Source of the DNA: Desulfatiglandales bacterium
GTDB taxonomy: Bacteria > Desulfobacterota > DSM-4660 > Desulfatiglandales > HGW-15
NCBI GenBank assembly: GCA_963667015.2
Contig: CAXXJJ010000004.1
Span: forward strand, 3,264,001 to 3,328,000
Direction: 5' to 3'
Length of the DNA: 64,000 nt
The notes beneath the pieces are model-generated. The model was not told the origin of the DNA. It saw only the letters and a program-made list of their open reading frames with translations, and searched no databases. The position numbers were made by a program, and so were the translations under genes. This document shows, one piece after another, positions 44,436 through 54,187 of the stretch (within the stretch, counting starts at the first letter, position 1; each line of letters opens with the position of its first letter).

Positions 44436-44489
44436 ACTATTCCGCCACAAGCGGAAGGTTAGCAAACCTTGTTCTTAGCAAATAACTAT

Positions 44490-44534
44490 AAAAAATCCGC
44501 CTCGATGTTAAGGTCAGTGAGGCGGATTTTTTTT
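44490..44534. terminator. Bidirectional terminator between convergent genes
   Basis: AAAAAATCCGCCTC...GAGGCGGATTTTTTTT. Confidence 0.85.
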
Positions 44535-44546
44535 GCCATTTTGAAC

Positions 44547-46520
44547 TTATAACTCAAGGGCGATATAATGAGCCGAAGATGTGGCTGTCCACAGATTGCC
44601 TCGTGGCGCTGCACAGTCGCCAGTTAAATAGACTTCCTCGGCAGTATCATCAAATAATGCAGCATCTTCCCTGTTCGGATACATACCAAGTGCATGGATG
44701 AGATTGTTACATTCCATCCATTCCTCTTTTCCTTCCGGATCTGCAACCTTAATACTGTCTTCCTTCACTTCCAGAAGTCTGGTTTCTGCCAGGTACCTGA
44801 CATGGTATTTACGCATAAGCATTGACAGGGCTACCATATTTACAACAGGGGCAGACATTATAACCCTGTCAAATGGCATCATCTCAACGATGGTGACACT
44901 TTTACCTTCTTTGCTCAGAGAGAGGGCTGTCTCGAGCCCGGTCAGTCCTCCGCCGGCTATTATCACCCTTTCTCCGACTTTCACCCTGCCTGATTCAACA
45001 TCCCCTGCCCACACCGAGTTTCTGCCGTCAATCCCGGGTATCGGAGGTATCAATAGGCTGGCCCCTAGGGATACGATTACAGCATCCGGATTTTGTGCCT
45101 TAATAAGATCAGGGGCCGCCGGGGTTCCGAGCTTCAGGATAATATCGGGATTTTTTTCCGTCTGCAGGACTGCCCAGTTCAGATAGGCCCTTAAATCGAT
45201 TTTAAGTTTTCCTGCAGAGGCCACATTAAGCATTCCGCCCAGTTTATCGGATTTTTCATAGAGTGTTACCCTGTGACCTCTTTCAGCCGCAGTCCTGGCT
45301 GCCTGCATGCCGCTAGGCCCGCCGCCTATAACCGCAACATTTTTGGACCTGCGGGGGTATGGTATCCTGAGGACATCAGCTTCTCTTCCAGCCTCGGGAT
45401 TAACTGCACACCTGACCGGAAGAAAATAGTAATGGGGCTGATTGATACATGTGTTGCACCTCACGCAGGGGCGTATATCTTCGTATCTGCCGTTCCGGGC
45501 CTTATTCACAAGCTGCGGATCGGCAATGGTAGAACGCAGCATCGTAACCACGTCCGCCCTGCCTTCATCCACAATCTTTTCTGCCAGTTCCATATTTATT
45601 CCGCCGACAGTACCGACCGGGATTGAAAGGGCATCCTTAAAATGCTTTGCATAGTGTACATTCATGCCGCGCTCATAATAGGCCGGAGGAAAAATAAAGG
45701 TGGCCATCTCATCGTTTTCCATTAACCCGGCTGATATATAGAGTATATCGATCCTGCTTTCGATATGTTTTGCAAAGGCTATCTGGTCTTCAAGTGTAAG
45801 ACCGTCTTTACTCTTTTCCTCGGCACTTAACCGGTATTCAATAGCCATATCCGGACCAACAGCGTCCCTGATGCCATCCAGAATTTCATCAACAATCCTG
45901 CACCTGTTTTCAAATGAGCCGCCATACTCGTCAGTGCGCCTGTTACGGACACCGGACAGAAAATCACTAATGAACATACCATGAGCCCCGTGAATGAGGA
46001 CCATGTCAAAACCGGCCCTTTTGCACCTGACAGCCGCATCCACATAGTAACCCACTATCCTTTTAATCTGCTCAACAGAAAGGTCTGCCGGCATCTTGTT
46101 TGCAAGCTTATCGTTAATGCCTGTTGAGTCCTGGGTGCGGATCTTTGATAGACTTTCCTCATTCATATCCGCTTCTGATTTATCGATCTCACCGAAATCC
46201 ATATAAACAAGCTCTATGGTGGATTTTGCCCCGAGCTGCCGGATCATCTCTGTCATTCTGTACATGCCGTTTATGGCCTTGTCAGTGGTCAAATCAATGA
46301 CAAACCCTGACATTTCCGGAGGGGTCGGGTTGACCATGCTCTGGCCCACACCCACAACACCAATGCCCCCTTTTGCTCTTGCCTTTGCCCATTCAAGGCC
46401 TTCCTGGGTCATAACCCCGGTATCACTGCAAAGCAGGTTGGCGCCCGGCGCCATGATCACGCGGTTTTTTATTTCGATATTTCTGATTTTAAAGGGCTGG
46501 TACAGCAGACTTTTTTTCAT
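44547..46520 (-). CDS. OYE-family NADH:flavin oxidoreductase with 4Fe-4S and FAD/NAD domains
   Basis: IHGAHG, NRRTDEYGGSFENR, CVRCNTC...C, GGGPSG, GGGLTG. Confidence 0.92.
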   Translation of the reverse strand: MKKSLLYQPFKIRNIEIKNRVIMAPGANLLCSDTGVMTQEGLEWAKARAKGGIGVVGVGQSMVNPTPPEMSGFVIDLTTDKAINGMYRMTEMIRQLGAKSTIELVYMDFGEIDKSEADMNEESLSKIRTQDSTGINDKLANKMPADLSVEQIKRIVGYYVDAAVRCKRAGFDMVLIHGAHGMFISDFLSGVRNRRTDEYGGSFENRCRIVDEILDGIRDAVGPDMAIEYRLSAEEKSKDGLTLEDQIAFAKHIESRIDILYISAGLMENDEMATFIFPPAYYERGMNVHYAKHFKDALSIPVGTVGGINMELAEKIVDEGRADVVTMLRSTIADPQLVNKARNGRYEDIRPCVRCNTCINQPHYYFLPVRCAVNPEAGREADVLRIPYPRRSKNVAVIGGGPSGMQAARTAAERGHRVTLYEKSDKLGGMLNVASAGKLKIDLRAYLNWAVLQTEKNPDIILKLGTPAAPDLIKAQNPDAVIVSLGASLLIPPIPGIDGRNSVWAGDVESGRVKVGERVIIAGGGLTGLETALSLSKEGKSVTIVEMMPFDRVIMSAPVVNMVALSMLMRKYHVRYLAETRLLEVKEDSIKVADPEGKEEWMECNNLIHALGMYPNREDAALFDDTAEEVYLTGDCAAPRGNLWTATSSAHYIALEL

Positions 46521-46681
46521 TTCAAGTCCTCTTTCAGGCTAATAATTAATTTGTAATACCCTGTTTTCAGAAAGGTTTTAAAATAATAATACGTGTATCT
46601 ATTATTTATGTTTGAAAATGTCACAGCTGATGTTATGTGTCAAGGGCATTTCAAAAGAGACAGGGATATAACATCTTGATT

Positions 46682-47413
46682 ATGAAAAAGACAAAAAACA
46701 CGGTAATGGAATATGTGATCAATAGTATGGACAGGGAAATAGCCTGCACACTTTTTCGCAGGGACTGTAAAAGATTACGGATATCCATAACCCGGGATTT
46801 AAAGGTAAATATTATCGCGCCTCTTCGGGTATCCGACGCCTTTATCCATGAGGCTGTAAGAGAAAAAACTCCCTGGATTTTGAAGTCAATTCAAAGATTT
46901 AAACAATGCAGGGTACTGCCTTTACCTGAAAAATATGAGACTGGTGATAAACTAGCCTATCTTGGCAATGAGTACAGGCTCGAGGTTATTAAGGGTAAAA
47001 GGGCACCTGCTGCGCTTTCTGGAGAATCCCTGGTTGCACAGCTTCCAGACCCTGATACAAAAGGCGTAAAACGGGCAGTTGATAAATGGTTCCTTATCCA
47101 GGCCGAAATGATATTCAGCCGCTGTTTAACAGCCGGTTATTCTATAGTATCTCAGTATGTTGCAGCAGAGCCTTTTTTAAAGATCCGAAGAATGAAAAGC
47201 AGGTGGGGGAGCTGCAGCAGAGCGGGAAAAATCACACTCAACCTCAGGCTTATCCATTTACCCGAGATCTGCATCGAATATATTGTTATGCATGAACTGT
47301 GTCACCTTAAGAACCTCAACCATTCAAAGGCTTTTTATTCTTTTTTAGATACCTGCATGCCCGACTGGAAGGATAGGAAGGCAATTTTAGAGAGTTACAG
47401 ACTGAGCGACTGA
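46682..47413 (+). CDS. YgjP/DUF45-like zinc metallohydrolase
   Basis: MKSRWGSC, YIVMHELCHL, NHSKAFY, PDWK. Confidence 0.9.
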   Translation: MKKTKNTVMEYVINSMDREIACTLFRRDCKRLRISITRDLKVNIIAPLRVSDAFIHEAVREKTPWILKSIQRFKQCRVLPLPEKYETGDKLAYLGNEYRLEVIKGKRAPAALSGESLVAQLPDPDTKGVKRAVDKWFLIQAEMIFSRCLTAGYSIVSQYVAAEPFLKIRRMKSRWGSCSRAGKITLNLRLIHLPEICIEYIVMHELCHLKNLNHSKAFYSFLDTCMPDWKDRKAILESYRLSD

Positions 47414-47439
47414 TATTACATGTGGATGAAAAATATGAT

Positions 47440-47472
47440 AAAAAAAGCCCTGCAAAAATACAGGGCTTTTTT
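47440..47472. terminator. Bidirectional terminator
   Basis: AAAAAAAGCCCTG-CAAAAATA-CAGGGCTTTTTT between convergent genes. Confidence 0.85.
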
Positions 47473-47488
47473 AAGTTAACAGAATATC

Positions 47489-49105
47489 TTATTTTTTAAG
47501 CTCTTCTGCAACGATATCCATATCCTTGAGATTGTCTTTCATTATGGATGCCATATTCATGGCTGCCAGTTTTTCATAAATATCATCAATGGCAGTTGCA
47601 CATCCCTGGCAAATCTTGACTCCATTGATGTAAACTTTTTCTACAGCTTCTCTTACAAAAAGTCTTGCCGCAGCCTTTATGTATTCAGGAGATTTATCCT
47701 TTCCGGAATAATTTGCTGCCTTTATGCACATGGCTTTTGCAACCTCTGTCCATGTCATCATGTCGGCAAGCAGGGACATAATATACTGTGATTTTGTAAG
47801 TTTGCTCTTTCTTGCTCCGAGTATTATATCATTCATGAGGTTTATAGCATTTGCAAGTACCGGCCCGCAGGTATCTTCAGGAAGACTGGAAAGACCGTCT
47901 GCCATGTTTTTATAGAATTCACCTTTAGAGCGTACTGTTGCCTGAAGGCGGAACATTGCAATAAGCCGCCTCTGGATCTCGCTGGTACCCTCGTAGATAC
48001 AGCAGATCTTAATATCCCTTTTGATTTTTTCTACTTCATATTCCTTTATATATCCATAGCCGCCAAGTCCCTGAATGGCGTCATTAGCCATTGCATCACC
48101 GGCCTCGGTTGCGAAATATTTGGCAATAGATCCCTCAACCTGGAGGTCTTTTTCATCTGTATCTAGTCTCCTGGCCACTTCTTCAATATAAGCCCTGGCT
48201 GCCTCAAGATTTACAGCATTCGGAACAATCAGCTTGTGGGTATACCCCTGTATATCGATTAAAAGACTTCCGAACTGAATTCTCTCTTTGGCATATGCTA
48301 TGGTCTTTTCAAGGGCTGCCATACCGCCGCCCAGACCGAATGTAGCAACCATAAGCCTTGTATAACCAAAGACCTCGTTTGACTGCTTAAGTCCCAGGCC
48401 TTCTGCTTCGCCAATCAGATTTTCTTTTGGGATATAAAGATCTTCAAGTGTCAGGGGGCTGGTGTCAGATGCACGGATACCATGCTTGTCTTCATGTTTT
48501 CCGGGTATCAGGCCTTCATCTCCTGCTTCAGCAATAAAAAAAGTCGGGCCGTCAGGTGCTTCGGCAAGGATGGTGTATATCTGGGCAACGCCGCCATTTG
48601 TAATAAACTGCTTCTGACCGTTGAGCTTGTACCCCTTAATCTCGCCGTTTTCATCAAGAACCCTTTCGGCCTTTGTCTTAAGGGCCTGTACGTTACTGCC
48701 TGCTTCGGGTTCGGTTACGCCATATGCGACGATTAGTCCCTCTTCGGCAATACGCCCAATATATTTTTGTTTCTGTTCCTCGGATGAGCCAACCCTGATG
48801 GGGTCCATGCCAAGGCAGATTGCCAGAAAAGATGTAGCTATAGCAAGGTCCATTTTGGCCAGTCTTTCGGAAACAATGGCTATGTCCGATGACCCTGCTC
48901 CCAGTCCGCCGTATTCAGCAGGTATAAATATAAGATGCAATGCCACTTCGGGGCCCAGCATAAAGTTTATCAACTCTGTGGGAAAATCGCCTACCCTGTC
49001 CAGTTCCAGCCTGGTTTCAAGGGTTATCTTTTCCTTTTCGAGTTTATTTATGGTGTCGAGCACCATTGAAAGCATTTCCGGATCCATCCTGGTTTGATCG
49101 GACAT
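47489..49105 (-). CDS. Acyl-CoA dehydrogenase with C-terminal extension
   Basis: TEPEAGS, GQKQFITNG, ERIQFG, GGYGY, IYEGTSEIQ. Confidence 0.93.
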   Translation of the reverse strand: MSDQTRMDPEMLSMVLDTINKLEKEKITLETRLELDRVGDFPTELINFMLGPEVALHLIFIPAEYGGLGAGSSDIAIVSERLAKMDLAIATSFLAICLGMDPIRVGSSEEQKQKYIGRIAEEGLIVAYGVTEPEAGSNVQALKTKAERVLDENGEIKGYKLNGQKQFITNGGVAQIYTILAEAPDGPTFFIAEAGDEGLIPGKHEDKHGIRASDTSPLTLEDLYIPKENLIGEAEGLGLKQSNEVFGYTRLMVATFGLGGGMAALEKTIAYAKERIQFGSLLIDIQGYTHKLIVPNAVNLEAARAYIEEVARRLDTDEKDLQVEGSIAKYFATEAGDAMANDAIQGLGGYGYIKEYEVEKIKRDIKICCIYEGTSEIQRRLIAMFRLQATVRSKGEFYKNMADGLSSLPEDTCGPVLANAINLMNDIILGARKSKLTKSQYIMSLLADMMTWTEVAKAMCIKAANYSGKDKSPEYIKAAARLFVREAVEKVYINGVKICQGCATAIDDIYEKLAAMNMASIMKDNLKDMDIVAEELKK

Positions 49106-49253
49106 TAAAAACCTCCTTGTTAAATAAAATTCCCGGAGTGATTATCAGACCGCTCCGGGGATAAATTTTTGTGCAGATTAGCAAATAAATAATGCAGGTG
49201 TCAATCTTTTGAAAAGATATTGAAAATCCATAATTACTAAAAGGCGGGGATAA

Positions 49254-49661
49254 TTAGCGCAGACCTTTTTCAACAAAAAAGTCGGAATATTCCATATCTG
49301 TCTTTTTTATATGATTTATAAGCCAGTCCTTTAAAAAGTCCATAATTTCCATGGAAAGCATCATCTTTCCGCTGTCAAAATCGCTCTTGAATGCGGCAAC
49401 TTTGTTTACAAAATCCTTGTGCTCCTTTCTATGCAGCGTTGCCTTTAAATAACCGAACTCGTCAAAATATTTCTCCTCTGTCCGAAAATGTTCCACTGCA
49501 TAGGCTACAAGTTCTTCAATTATTTTTCCAAGTACCTCATTTGCCTTTCTTTCTTTCATTGCTCCATGAAGAGAATTAATAAGATCTACAAGTTTCTTAT
49601 GCTGTTCATCGATTTGAGTAACCTTTACGCTCAGGTCATTTGTCCAAGAAATAAGAGGCAT
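49254..49661 (-). CDS. Bacteriohemerythrin
   Basis: IDEQHKKL, HFRTEE, HRKEH, HIKKTD. Confidence 0.92.
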   Translation of the reverse strand: MPLISWTNDLSVKVTQIDEQHKKLVDLINSLHGAMKERKANEVLGKIIEELVAYAVEHFRTEEKYFDEFGYLKATLHRKEHKDFVNKVAAFKSDFDSGKMMLSMEIMDFLKDWLINHIKKTDMEYSDFFVEKGLR

Positions 49662-49787
49662 GATTTTCTCCTTAATAAAGTATCGTATTGTTATTTATCT
49701 GAAATTTTTTAAAATACAACATCTATGCTAATCGCCAGCTACCTGAAAAAACTTGAGAAATTTTTAAACAATGATCTTTTTAATAAT

Positions 49788-50189
49788 TTATTCAAATATG
49801 CTTTTAAATTCTTCCGGGATGTGAGGCCTCCCATTTGGATTTATAGCCACACCAATGACCTTACCAATTATCACAGGCCTTTTATCGGGAACCAGGTAAA
49901 TATTCTGGAAAAAGGCGAATTTGATTCTTGATTCTTTTTTCAGATCAACCGTTACAATAAACCTGTCTCCGCTGGATAATGAATATTTGTAGTCCAACTC
50001 TATCCTGACAACCACCAGATTAATTTTTTTATCTGTATATGATTTAAAATCAATCCCGATGGACTTTAAATATTCATGCCGGGCATGCTCAAGATAATTC
50101 TGGTAAACAGAGTTATTTACAACCCCCTGGATGTCGCATTCATAGTCTCTAACTGACATTTCTATTGAAAAATCATGTTGTTCCAACAA
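49788..50189 (-). CDS. Acyl-CoA thioesterase (4HBT/YbgC family)
   Basis: VRDYECDIQGVVNNSVYQNYLEHAR. Confidence 0.9.
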   Translation of the reverse strand: MLEQHDFSIEMSVRDYECDIQGVVNNSVYQNYLEHARHEYLKSIGIDFKSYTDKKINLVVVRIELDYKYSLSSGDRFIVTVDLKKESRIKFAFFQNIYLVPDKRPVIIGKVIGVAINPNGRPHIPEEFKSIFE

Positions 50190-50226
50190 TAAATCCCTCC
50201 AATCATTAGACCTTTGTCTCTTTTTG

Positions 50227-50550
50227 TTAATGATTATTTTCCAATTGTAAAATTAAATCATCAGATTTATCAAATGAGTTTTTCATACAGGTTGAACATC
50301 CCTTTTCTAAAAAGTGTTTCACCCTTTCGGAGATATACCAGAACCTTGCATGAGGGACCCACCCTTCAGGCAGACCAGTCCCCTTTGATTGCTCTTCTGA
50401 ATTTATCAGGTAGGTTTCCGGGTCTGTTTTCAGCTGGTCGAAATCACCCAGATGAATTTTATCCGCCTCTGTACTCGAAGCAAATCTGATGAATTCCGCC
50501 TTTAGAGAAAAAAGCTCTTTTGATGATTTACGAAGTGAAAATTTATTCAT
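50227..50550 (-). pseudogene. Probable truncated GNAT acetyltransferase remnant
   Basis: GLPEGWVPHARFWY resembles the LPEGWVPxxxxW GNAT subfamily N-terminus; acetyl-CoA-binding half absent. Confidence 0.45.
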
Positions 50551-50553
50551 TGC

Positions 50554-51147
50554 TCAAAACTTTTCCTTCTTTTTATTTTCTCCTTTTTTTGTCGTATCAC
50601 CAAAACGATTCCTTAATGCCAATACAAATGCATTATTTGTTTTTACAGAAAACATCTCCAGGGGTGATATACCCCGCTTCCATGCAATATAGAACATTAT
50701 GAGACCGGTAATAAAGGTGACTGCAAAATTTGGCCATGCATTAAGTCCCCACTGCCCTGACCAGGCTAACTGCCATGCGTTCGAAAAAGGCAGAAGATAG
50801 GGGATAGGCCACTGGTATCCATCCGGGCCCATTGAGCCTGCCATGTCTCCGAGAAGATGAATATGGAAACTGAAAAACACAAGTAATGCAGTTACAGCCC
50901 TGCGTCTGGAGAAACAGAATGCTGAAAGACACAAAAGAATGCCAAATAAGATATTATGCCCCAGAACATGATGGTATTTCACATATAATGAAGGATACTT
51001 ATCGGAAGTAACAAAATCCCATATTATCCCGGCGCCGTCAAGATCCGGAATAACACCGGTAATTGTAACAAAGGCACGTTCACGACGGTTAATGTTGCAG
51101 GTGTTTGCTATAGACCAGCCAATAAGTAAATGGGTCACGGGATTCAT
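50554..51147 (-). CDS. Membrane metal-dependent hydrolase (YdjM-like)
   Basis: THLL, PDLD, HHVLGHN, HIHLLGD motifs with TM segments. Confidence 0.85.
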   Translation of the reverse strand: MNPVTHLLIGWSIANTCNINRRERAFVTITGVIPDLDGAGIIWDFVTSDKYPSLYVKYHHVLGHNILFGILLCLSAFCFSRRRAVTALLVFFSFHIHLLGDMAGSMGPDGYQWPIPYLLPFSNAWQLAWSGQWGLNAWPNFAVTFITGLIMFYIAWKRGISPLEMFSVKTNNAFVLALRNRFGDTTKKGENKKKEKF

Positions 51148-51576
51148 TTATACTTTTCTATGAAGCAGATTGTATAAAGTTTGAAAATCAGGCATTTCAT
51201 CATATTGTCTGCCGTCATTCAAAACCTTTTCCCAGTCAGCTTTCGATCCGGTATAAATATGCACAACTATGCGGGAATCGATATCTCCCGGCAGTGCTCC
51301 TGCAGGTATCCAGACCTTATCGGTATCTCTTAATGGATTGGGCACAGGGCTTCCGCAGACAGAGCAAAAATGAGATGTAAAACCATCTTCCATTTTATAC
51401 CTGGTGATCCTGTCTTCTCCGGACAGCCAGGTAAAATCATTTTTATGGACGAGTGTTGCGGCATTGGACGCTGCTCCGCTCTGTTTCCTGCATAATGAAC
51501 AGTGGCATTGATAAAGGTTGAGCAAATCACCTGCAATCTTAAATTGTACTGCATCACAAAGACATTTTCCAATCAT
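51148..51576 (-). CDS. GFA/CENP-V family protein
   Basis: GKCLC, CHCSLCRK, FCSVCGS. Confidence 0.9.
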   Translation of the reverse strand: MIGKCLCDAVQFKIAGDLLNLYQCHCSLCRKQSGAASNAATLVHKNDFTWLSGEDRITRYKMEDGFTSHFCSVCGSPVPNPLRDTDKVWIPAGALPGDIDSRIVVHIYTGSKADWEKVLNDGRQYDEMPDFQTLYNLLHRKV

Positions 51577-52460
51577 TGTGTGTCTCCCGGGTGTTTCAGG
51601 ATATAAGGAATACTGGTGCCAAACAGCACACTGGCCATTCGAGCAAGGAGCCAGAATACCCCCAGCGGAAGAAGAATAACCTGAACAACAAAGATAGCCA
51701 CATATAAATACGACAATTTCATGAGATTCGAAATCATGTTACCCATGTTTTCAATCATCGATTTAAGTGCTGCGCCAAGATCAGAGGTCTTCTGGCCAAC
51801 AAAGCTGAAACCGCTTTTAACGGTTTCAACAACACCGTCAGCCTCCGGCATGGTCATATCCTTGAGCCGCTCCAGTTCCGGCGATGTCATGGCAAGTGCA
51901 TTCTTGGCCATGATGATCTGTGGAGAAAAATAGTTGTCATGCAGGTATGCATTTATTACCGATGAGGCGGGCAGGCACAGACGCGCAACTGCAAGAAGGA
52001 TAATTGTTTTCAGCACGATTCCCCTGAGCCCCTTTGCCCTGTAGCCCTTTATCAGGGAGACTCCAATAAAGATCAATAATGCAGCACCTATTACCGGAGG
52101 GGCAAAGGCTACGCACAATTCATAGGCGATCTTCTGGATGCCAAGTGAGACTATGGCAGTAACAAGGATATTGGATGCGCGTTCCGTCATATCGTCCAGC
52201 GGATCGAGCACCTGCCCTGCCGCCAGGGATACCCCCAGCCCGGCAGGCTCTACCTGAACCTGTGATTCCTTTATCACAGAAACAGAGGCATTAACCACCC
52301 TGCAAACCCCGTATGCAAGGCTGGCCTTTGTCATTGACTCTGCAAAATATGTGTCCGTATTTTCATCAACATAGGGCAGTTTAAGCCCTGGCAGCATAAA
52401 TAAGGCAACTGCCATGGCTAAAAGCAGGATGTTCTTTATATAAATCGGATTTATTTTCAT
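51573..52460 (-). CDS. Hypothetical membrane protein
   Basis: Several TM segments, GQVLDPLDDMTER motif; stop overlaps the next start (ATGA). Confidence 0.75.
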   Translation of the reverse strand: MKINPIYIKNILLLAMAVALFMLPGLKLPYVDENTDTYFAESMTKASLAYGVCRVVNASVSVIKESQVQVEPAGLGVSLAAGQVLDPLDDMTERASNILVTAIVSLGIQKIAYELCVAFAPPVIGAALLIFIGVSLIKGYRAKGLRGIVLKTIILLAVARLCLPASSVINAYLHDNYFSPQIIMAKNALAMTSPELERLKDMTMPEADGVVETVKSGFSFVGQKTSDLGAALKSMIENMGNMISNLMKLSYLYVAIFVVQVILLPLGVFWLLARMASVLFGTSIPYILKHPGDTQ

Positions 52461-52503
52461 TTCTTCATCCCTGCCGTTTAATTTTTATATACCTGATGAG
52501 TTT

Positions 52504-52911
52504 TTACTTTTCTTTATGTGATGGCTCCAGAATCATCTGGCATCTGGGACATTTGCCAGGAGCCGGCATATCTAAGGTCTTCGGCACTCCTCTCATATTG
52601 CACCTGGGGCATCTTTTTATTAATTCCCGTTTAAACATCAAATAGAGTATAGCCGTGAGCATCAGGATTGCATACATAATAATTGAAAATACTGCTACAG
52701 GGTATTGATCTAAAAAATAAGTCATTACGATTAAGATCAGTGTAGGATAAAGCATGAACAGCATTTTGAGCTCAGAACTCCTGAGATAGCTGTATATTTC
52801 CTTCAGCTTTTTCTTCTCATTTTCATTTGGAATTCTTGGGTCCGGCTTATTAGCTTCTTTCTGGAGCAGTAAATTGCCAAATGTCTCTTCCTCACTCATT
52901 TCGCATCCCAT
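52504..52911 (-). CDS. Hypothetical membrane protein with C-terminal zinc ribbon
   Basis: Two TM helices, CPRC...CPRC. Confidence 0.65.
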   Translation of the reverse strand: MGCEMSEEETFGNLLLQKEANKPDPRIPNENEKKKLKEIYSYLRSSELKMLFMLYPTLILIVMTYFLDQYPVAVFSIIMYAILMLTAILYLMFKRELIKRCPRCNMRGVPKTLDMPAPGKCPRCQMILEPSHKEK

Positions 52912-52959
52912 CTCTGTTAAATCTGGTGTTACAAAGTTTTAAAAACGTTAGTTCCACAA

Positions 52960-53199
52960 TCAATTTTCATTGAGCGGCCCGTATCCTGGTTTTATGATCA
53001 GCTGGTTTTGCTTATTAAGGATATCAGGTTCATATACTTTTTCAAACCATTCTTCTGATCCAACCTCCTCAAAGGAAACAGAAATGGCCTTTGCTTCACA
53101 TTTTGCAATGCCGGCCACATCCTCTACAATTTTTTCTGCAAGCTCCATTTTCTGTTTTTCCGACCGACCAGGATGAAGTTTGATTATAACATGAGGCAT
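52960..53199 (-). CDS. 4-oxalocrotonate tautomerase family protein
   Basis: Catalytic Pro1 MPHVIIKLHPGRSEKQK, ISVSFEEV; AGGAG RBS. Confidence 0.9.
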   Translation of the reverse strand: MPHVIIKLHPGRSEKQKMELAEKIVEDVAGIAKCEAKAISVSFEEVGSEEWFEKVYEPDILNKQNQLIIKPGYGPLNEN

Positions 53200-53425
53200 T
53201 TATATCTCCTTTCGATTTATTCAGACTGACACCTTTATGCAGGGTATTTCATACAGATTTACATTCCACATTTGTTCTGAATTTTCAATAATAATATTTT
53301 TCGGAGACAGTCGTCCGGGACATTGCTAAAGAAACGTACAAAAACCTTATCTTCTGCTCCTTATCAAGGTGAATGGCTCTGTCTTTTTTTTTTGTGTTTT
53401 TAAGTTCAGCAGATATTTATCATCG

Positions 53426-54175
53426 TTACTGCTTTAAAGTCGGGAAAAACACTTTACATTTTATCCCTGCAGGAAGTGAATAGTCACTATTTGACAGAAC
53501 CAGGCGTACACCAAATGTACTGCTTGCAGCGTCAATAACAGGATCTACAACACTTACCCTTGCCTTTAATTCCCTGGAGAAAGGATGTTCTATTTTTATA
53601 ACAGCCGATGAGGTCTTTTTTACCTTGCCAAACTCCTCTACAGGTATAACGACCTCAACATACAGGGGATCGATCTGTGCAATCAACATTACCGGTTCCT
53701 CTCCCACATACTCCCCCCGGGACAGAAAACGTTCAACAACCACGCCATCCACAGGACTGCGAATATTTTTTATCTCCACTTTTTCCCTGGCTTCTTTATA
53801 CTGAAGTTCCGCTATTTTAAGTTCCGTCTCCATCTCATCTTTGTCATGTATAGAGAGAAGCTGTTTCCTATAAAGGTCCTCATTTCTTTCCACCTTTCTC
53901 TTACTGAACTCCACTCTTGCAAGAGCAAGATCCGCCGCAGCCTTTTCAATATTTGATTTCAGAAATGCAATGATCTGATTTTTCTCTACAGTCTCACCCC
54001 GGTCAAAAATAACTTCTTCCAGAATTCCTTCAACCGGACTGCTAACCTTCACCAGTTCACTCGGTTCGATAATACCCTCAAAATACTTTTCTTCTGCATG
54101 GGTATATTGAACATTTAGAACAGCAAACAGAATAATAACCAAACTACACACAACCTGAAATTTCCCCGATATCAT
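53426..54175 (-). CDS. Membrane fusion protein / periplasmic adaptor (HlyD/RND MFP)
   Basis: Signal peptide, VSSPVEG, IRSPVDGVV, VVDPVIDAASSTFGVR, LPAG. Confidence 0.9.
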   Translation of the reverse strand: MISGKFQVVCSLVIILFAVLNVQYTHAEEKYFEGIIEPSELVKVSSPVEGILEEVIFDRGETVEKNQIIAFLKSNIEKAAADLALARVEFSKRKVERNEDLYRKQLLSIHDKDEMETELKIAELQYKEAREKVEIKNIRSPVDGVVVERFLSRGEYVGEEPVMLIAQIDPLYVEVVIPVEEFGKVKKTSSAVIKIEHPFSRELKARVSVVDPVIDAASSTFGVRLVLSNSDYSLPAGIKCKVFFPTLKQ

Positions 54176-54187
54176 TATAAGCCCTCT

